This document shows, in pieces, positions 59,625-64,000 of a DNA stretch of 64,000 bases. The stretch's first letter is position 1. Every line of letters starts with the position of its first letter. Both the position numbers and the translations under genes were made by a program. A model generated the notes under the pieces. It worked only from the letters and a program-made list of their open reading frames with translations, did no database searches and was not told the origin of the DNA. This stretch comes from Lama glama (Eukaryota), in NCBI GenBank assembly GCA_028534125.1, contig CM052818.1, positions 3,350,001-3,414,000 of the forward strand, read 5' to 3'.

Positions 59625-59813
59625 TGGGGGAGGGTATAGCTCAGTGGTAGAGTGCATGTCTAGCATGCACGAGGTCCTGGGTTCAATCCCCAGTATCTTC
59701 ATCGAAAAAAAAAAAAAAAAAAAAAAAAAAAGGAAATTTAATTACCTCCTCCCAGAAAGTAAATAAATAAAAATAAACATTAAAAAAAAAAGAATTCAAA
59801 AGAAGACATTAAA
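59625..59813 (+). mobile_element. tRNA-derived SINE (Vic-1-like) with a long internal A-run and TSD
   Basis: ggggagggtatagctcagtggtagagtgcatg...gggttcaatcccc. TSD aaaagatatcttt / aaaagacatcttt. Confidence 0.9.
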
Positions 59814-60222
59814 AAAAGACATCTTTAAGAAAGTAAAAACGTTTACAAACGGGGAGATACATGCAACATTTACTTATGACAAAGCACTGGTCATTAAGGA
59901 TATATAAAGAATGCCACAAGTCAGCAGCGGGGGGAGTGGATTATGAGAAATCTCTGTAACACCTTCCTGTTAATTTTGTTGGGAATCTGAAACTGCTCTA
60001 ACAAAAGTCTTAAAATAAAAAAAAAAAAAAGCCCACAAATTAGTAAGAAAAGACAAATACAATATTAAAATAGAAAAGAGACTTGAACAGACATTTCATG
60101 AAGAGGAAACATATGGCCAATGAACACAGAAAAAGCTGTTCAGTCTCTTTAATTTTCAAGGAAATGAAAATCAATACCATAATATAAAACAGCTCAATAA
60201 CAACAAAAACAAGGTATGTTTT

Positions 60223-60405
60223 CAGTGCTGTGCTGGCTCGCTCATATGAGCTGACGGTATGCATTTCTTTCCAACTCTGCACTCGGTGGTGTCAGGTTGG
60301 TAGCTTGAAATCAGCCATGGTGGGAGAATGTGTATCTAAAAAAATTTTAAAATGCTACAAGTAGATGATTATTTTTTCAGACAGCCAGCTTACCAGCATA
60401 TCACC
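60223..60405. mobile_element. hAT-Blackjack (MER63-like) remnant within old L1 sequence
   Basis: Termini cagtgctgtgctgg...ccagcatatcacc are roughly inverted. Confidence 0.5.
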
Positions 60406-60752
60406 ATGATACAAATGTATGTTAAGACATATGTGCAAAATGCAATAACAGTATTTTTAAAAGCAAGGGAATAATGAACACAAAATTCAAGATAGTGCTT
60501 GGAGAAAGTCTAAGGGACACAATAGGAAAGAAGCATGAATTGACTGAAGTTATTAATGTTCTAGTGCTTGAAGTGAAGTCAAATAAAGATCAGTTCACTG
60601 AGGGTCAATAAATTACTAAAAATAAATGAAAATGGTGGCCATATATGGACCAAAAATGACAGCGAACTAAGAAAATCATGAATTAAGGATTATGACTTTT
60701 ATGCACTTCTTTGCACCTGTGGGCCATTAAAATTTTTTTCTAAATCTGTTTT

Positions 60753-61044
60753 TTTTTTTTAAAGTACAGACTGAAGTACAATTACAATGTGTCAATTTTT
60801 GGTGTACAGTAGCCATGGAAGCAATCTAAATGTCCATCAACAGATGACTGGATAAAGAAGCTATGGTATATTTATACAGCAGAATATTACTATGCCATAA
60901 AAAAGAATAAAATAACGCCATTTGCAGCAACATGCATGGACCTAGAGATTGTCATTCTAAGTGAAGTAAGCCAGAAAGAGAAAGAAAAATACCATATCAC
61001 TCATATGTGGAATCTAAAAAAAAAAAAAAGGACACTATGAACTC
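60753..61044 (-). mobile_element. 5'-inverted (twin-primed) L1 insertion with a perfect 15-bp TSD
   Basis: polyT and a reverse L1 end (to ~60810), then a forward L1 segment. TSD ttctaaatctgtttt at 60738-60752 and 61045-61059. Confidence 0.88.
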
Positions 61045-61219
61045 TTCTAAATCTGTTTTATCCAGCCTCAGTTTTCTCAGTGTAAATGAGGGGTTGAATC
61101 AGATCACTGCTAATGTCTTCTCCAGCTCTAAAATTCTCTAGGTTTATAAATAAGTCAGGATCTGATTTTAATTAAATTTCAATTGAAAAAAGACTTCTCA
61201 ATAAATATTTTAGACACAC

Positions 61220-61310
61220 CTTTTCTCCTCTTAGAAAACCAGACATCGGTTTCAGTCAAAAGCTGTTTTAAAGATCCATTCCAAGAAGGCACAAGTTGAA
61301 GGAACATCCA
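61220..61310 (-). CDS. GMCL1: GMCL1 exon 8 (91 nt; WMFLQLVPSWNGSLKQLLTETDVWFSKRRK)
   Basis: ATCCAG acceptor, AAG|GTGTGT donor. Confidence 0.97.
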
Positions 61311-61761
61311 CTGGATTAAAAAAATAAATAAGAAAAAAAATTGTAAGACTCCATTATCTTATGATTTCACATTTTCAAACTGCTTCCTTAAAACATAATA
61401 TCTAAAAAATTTAATTTCCATTTTCCAAGCAATTGAAAGGAGAACTGTAACATGACATGCTTACAAGTTTTAAATTCAACATGGCATTAGTCATGGTCCA
61501 ATGATAAAAACTAGATGAGTGTATGATAAGGAATAAGCTAATTCCTGAAAAGTACTTATCGTCTTAAATACACTGTAGTTATAATATTAAAAGGGTAAAT
61601 GTATGTATGTGTATATATATTATATTAGCAATTACATACTCATTTATTCTACCCACCAATTAAAAATTCAATTTTACTACATATTATGTGAGATTATAAA
61701 AGAAAGAAATTAAATATGGGAAAAAGGAGTTTCTTATTGTCCTATTTTATTGCTGTTGAGA

Positions 61762-61970
61762 CAGTATGCAGAGTAGTTAAGAGCATGAATTTTTAAATCT
61801 TGGCCTTATCACTCCATAGCTAGGGAAATTACCCAATTTCTCTGGGCTTTAATTTTTCATTTGTAAAATGAGCATGATAATATGTCTACCTCAAGGACAT
61901 TAAAGGAATTAATACGTGTAACATACTTGGATTAGTGCCTGGCACCTAGTAAGCAATCATCAACACTGGC
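61762..61970 (+). mobile_element. MIR SINE
   Basis: agtagttaagagcatg...tttcatttgtaaaatgagc...agtgcctggcacctagtaagc. Confidence 0.8.
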
Positions 61971-62821
61971 ATAAAAGCAGTTACAACAGGGAAGAATGAA
62001 TGCTACCAGTGGCTCAGAGGTGGAAACGGGCTGTTTACCCTCCTTTAATGATTGGTTAACCCAGCTATAAACTTCCTGGAGGAAAAACAGTATTAGAATC
62101 TCATCTCTAGCAAAAAAACCAAACTATCCCAGTGCCATAACCTAGAAGGTGTCTCATACCCATACCTACATTAACAACCATGTTAATGTAGACTCTGTGC
62201 CAGGGACAAAAGGTTAAAGGTGAACTGATGCAGCGGGAAAGGCAATGGACTAGAACTCACAGACCTGGGATCTGCCTCAAGTGTGCCACTCAGTAACTGC
62301 AAGAAGTCTAAGTCTGACCATCTACAGAACAAGAGCAATAGCCAATTTAATTCTTCAGAGAGATGTGAAAATAAATTAAAAATGTTGAAACCTTTCAAAA
62401 GGATGAAGTGAAATATATGCCTCAAGTACAAAAGACCTTTAAAAGAGTTTCAACACTTTCTAGAAAAAGCATGTGTGAAAATTTTGTCATAAAGTTATTA
62501 ATCAGCTAAAGCTCAATTCTGAAAACCATATAAAACTTTTAACATTTCTAATTATGTAAATAACATGTTAACTGTTGGAAAAAAACTCTGGAAAAACGGA
62601 AACATATTCCTAGGAAAGAAAAGTATAAAGAATACAATTAAAATCATTCATGATACCAACTCCATAAACATAACGACTTTTTAACATTTTGGCATATTTC
62701 CTTTAACGTTTCGTACATCTATAACCATCCCCTTATCACTGGACACTAGCTGTTTCCAGTTTTTCACTATTATAAGCAATGCTGAGGGGATGTCCTTACA
62801 CATACTACATTACACCAATAC

Positions 62822-62906
62822 CTTTTTAAGGGCTGTGTATACATCCATTTCCACTTGCATCACAAATAAGTTAGATGAACCAATGAGTTGTTTCATGACA
62901 TTTATA
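62822..62906 (-). CDS. GMCL1: GMCL1 (germ cell-less 1, BTB-BACK CUL3 adaptor) exon 7 (85 nt; INVMKQLIGSSNLFVMQVEMDVYTALKK)
   Basis: TTTTCTAG acceptor, AAG|GTATTG donor. BACK-region sequence. Exon numbering assumes the human gene structure. Confidence 0.96.
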
Positions 62907-64000
62907 CTAGAAAAGATAAAATAGAAGTAGTGAGCTTCTCTGCATGTACCAGCTCAAAGATCCTGGTGGAACTGAAAACTTTAAGTCTTTTTATCAAAAG
63001 AAAATGTGGAATTAAAAATTACATCAGTCTTTTTGCCTAGGACAAAGAATCTTGGACCAAAACAAACTATCTGAACACAAAGATACTTTTAATTCAGATA
63101 GTCTGCTGTGAAAGGTCTTTTCTTGCACTGACAGGGAAGCAAAGAGCAATGGTCTGCTAACTAATTAAGTTAAAAGCAAGGTCCTAATAAGATCACTTTT
63201 AGTATGGTCTGATAAAGTGGAAGCCTTCTTCGTTTCCCTTTCCTCCCCATTTAATGTAAAAAAAAAACCAAACCAAAAAAAACCCCAAAAATGACAAAAA
63301 AACCCCCAAAACTTGTCAAAATTCATAGAAAGAGACATATCTTCAAAGCAACCTTTCACGTCTAAGCTTAAGAGGATTGCTTAGTCATAAAACCTCTTTT
63401 TATTACTATTAAGGAGAGTAAAATCAAGAAATATTTGTGTTAGTTAAAATTAGAATGCCAATGACATCACTAGCCGTTCTCTCTTCTTTTTTCCTTTTTC
63501 TTTCCCTCCTTTAAGCCACGAAGAGGCAGAAGAGCATCTGGGTTCTTAAGATGACCACTATGATTTATCTTCCTTTTGATAAAGCTCAGTAAGAAATTAA
63601 AAAAGAGAAAAAAATGTTTCAATGACTTTCAAACTAAACATACTACAGAGCTTTATGCCTTGAGAAATTATTACGTGGTAATTTTTTTGTAGCACAATGC
63701 TTCTCAAACTTTTCTGCAAAAGTACCTCTTAAGGGCCAAGGAAAGGAAAGGAAAGGACCCAGAAATCTAGGAGCAAGCTAATCATAAAAATAACACTTAT
63801 ATTAAATTTTCTATTTCATCTTCTAAGTCCAAAGAAACTTGACATCTATTTCACAATATATTTAAACATAAAAATATTTACTTCTTTCCTACCCCTTCCC
63901 ACATCTCTGAAAAAAAAAATCAGTAAAACTGACATCCCAGTAAACTATGCAACGTTAAGCCTTTGGTTTCGTACATTTCCATCAGAACACCACACACCGC

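Noticed and set aside
59626..59700. tRNA-like sequences (also at 4396, 30700, 34645, 58490)
   Set aside because: These are SINE heads: followed by a family tail, A-rich end and usually TSDs, with no intact acceptor stem.
1..64000. CRISPR arrays, operons, rRNA or snoRNA genes, intact retroelement ORFs
   Set aside because: None seen. The window is intron-rich mammalian DNA with only fragmentary repeats.

Overview
Mammalian genomic DNA. Five tRNA-derived SINEs of Vic-1 type suggest a camelid (camel or alpaca); this is inference. The window covers the conserved GMCL1-SNRNP27-MXD1 block with all three genes on the minus strand: GMCL1 exons 7-14 plus 3'UTR (62906->~34990; 5' part beyond the right edge), the complete 6-exon SNRNP27 CDS (31555->22842; 155 aa), and the MXD1 CpG-island promoter with exons 1-3 (14286->8625; remainder beyond the left edge). 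All internal splice junctions read GT-AG with phases that join in frame. GMCL1 introns hold two processed pseudogenes: MRPL50 (with TSD and compensating frameshifts) and a truncated RFK. The rest is L1/L2/MIR/MER/LTR/SINE sequence. No prokaryotic system, CRISPR array or real tRNA gene is present. The best lead is a set of extra splice signals in SNRNP27 introns 4 and 5, where AG|GUAUGC (+4U) donors compete with non-AG|GUAAG (+4A) donors, flanked by RBFOX motifs and a nested 71-nt mini-intron. This may be an autoregulatory splice-site-class sensor; it is an untested hypothesis. Gene and repeat names come from my recall of the families, not from database searches, and repeat boundaries are approximate.
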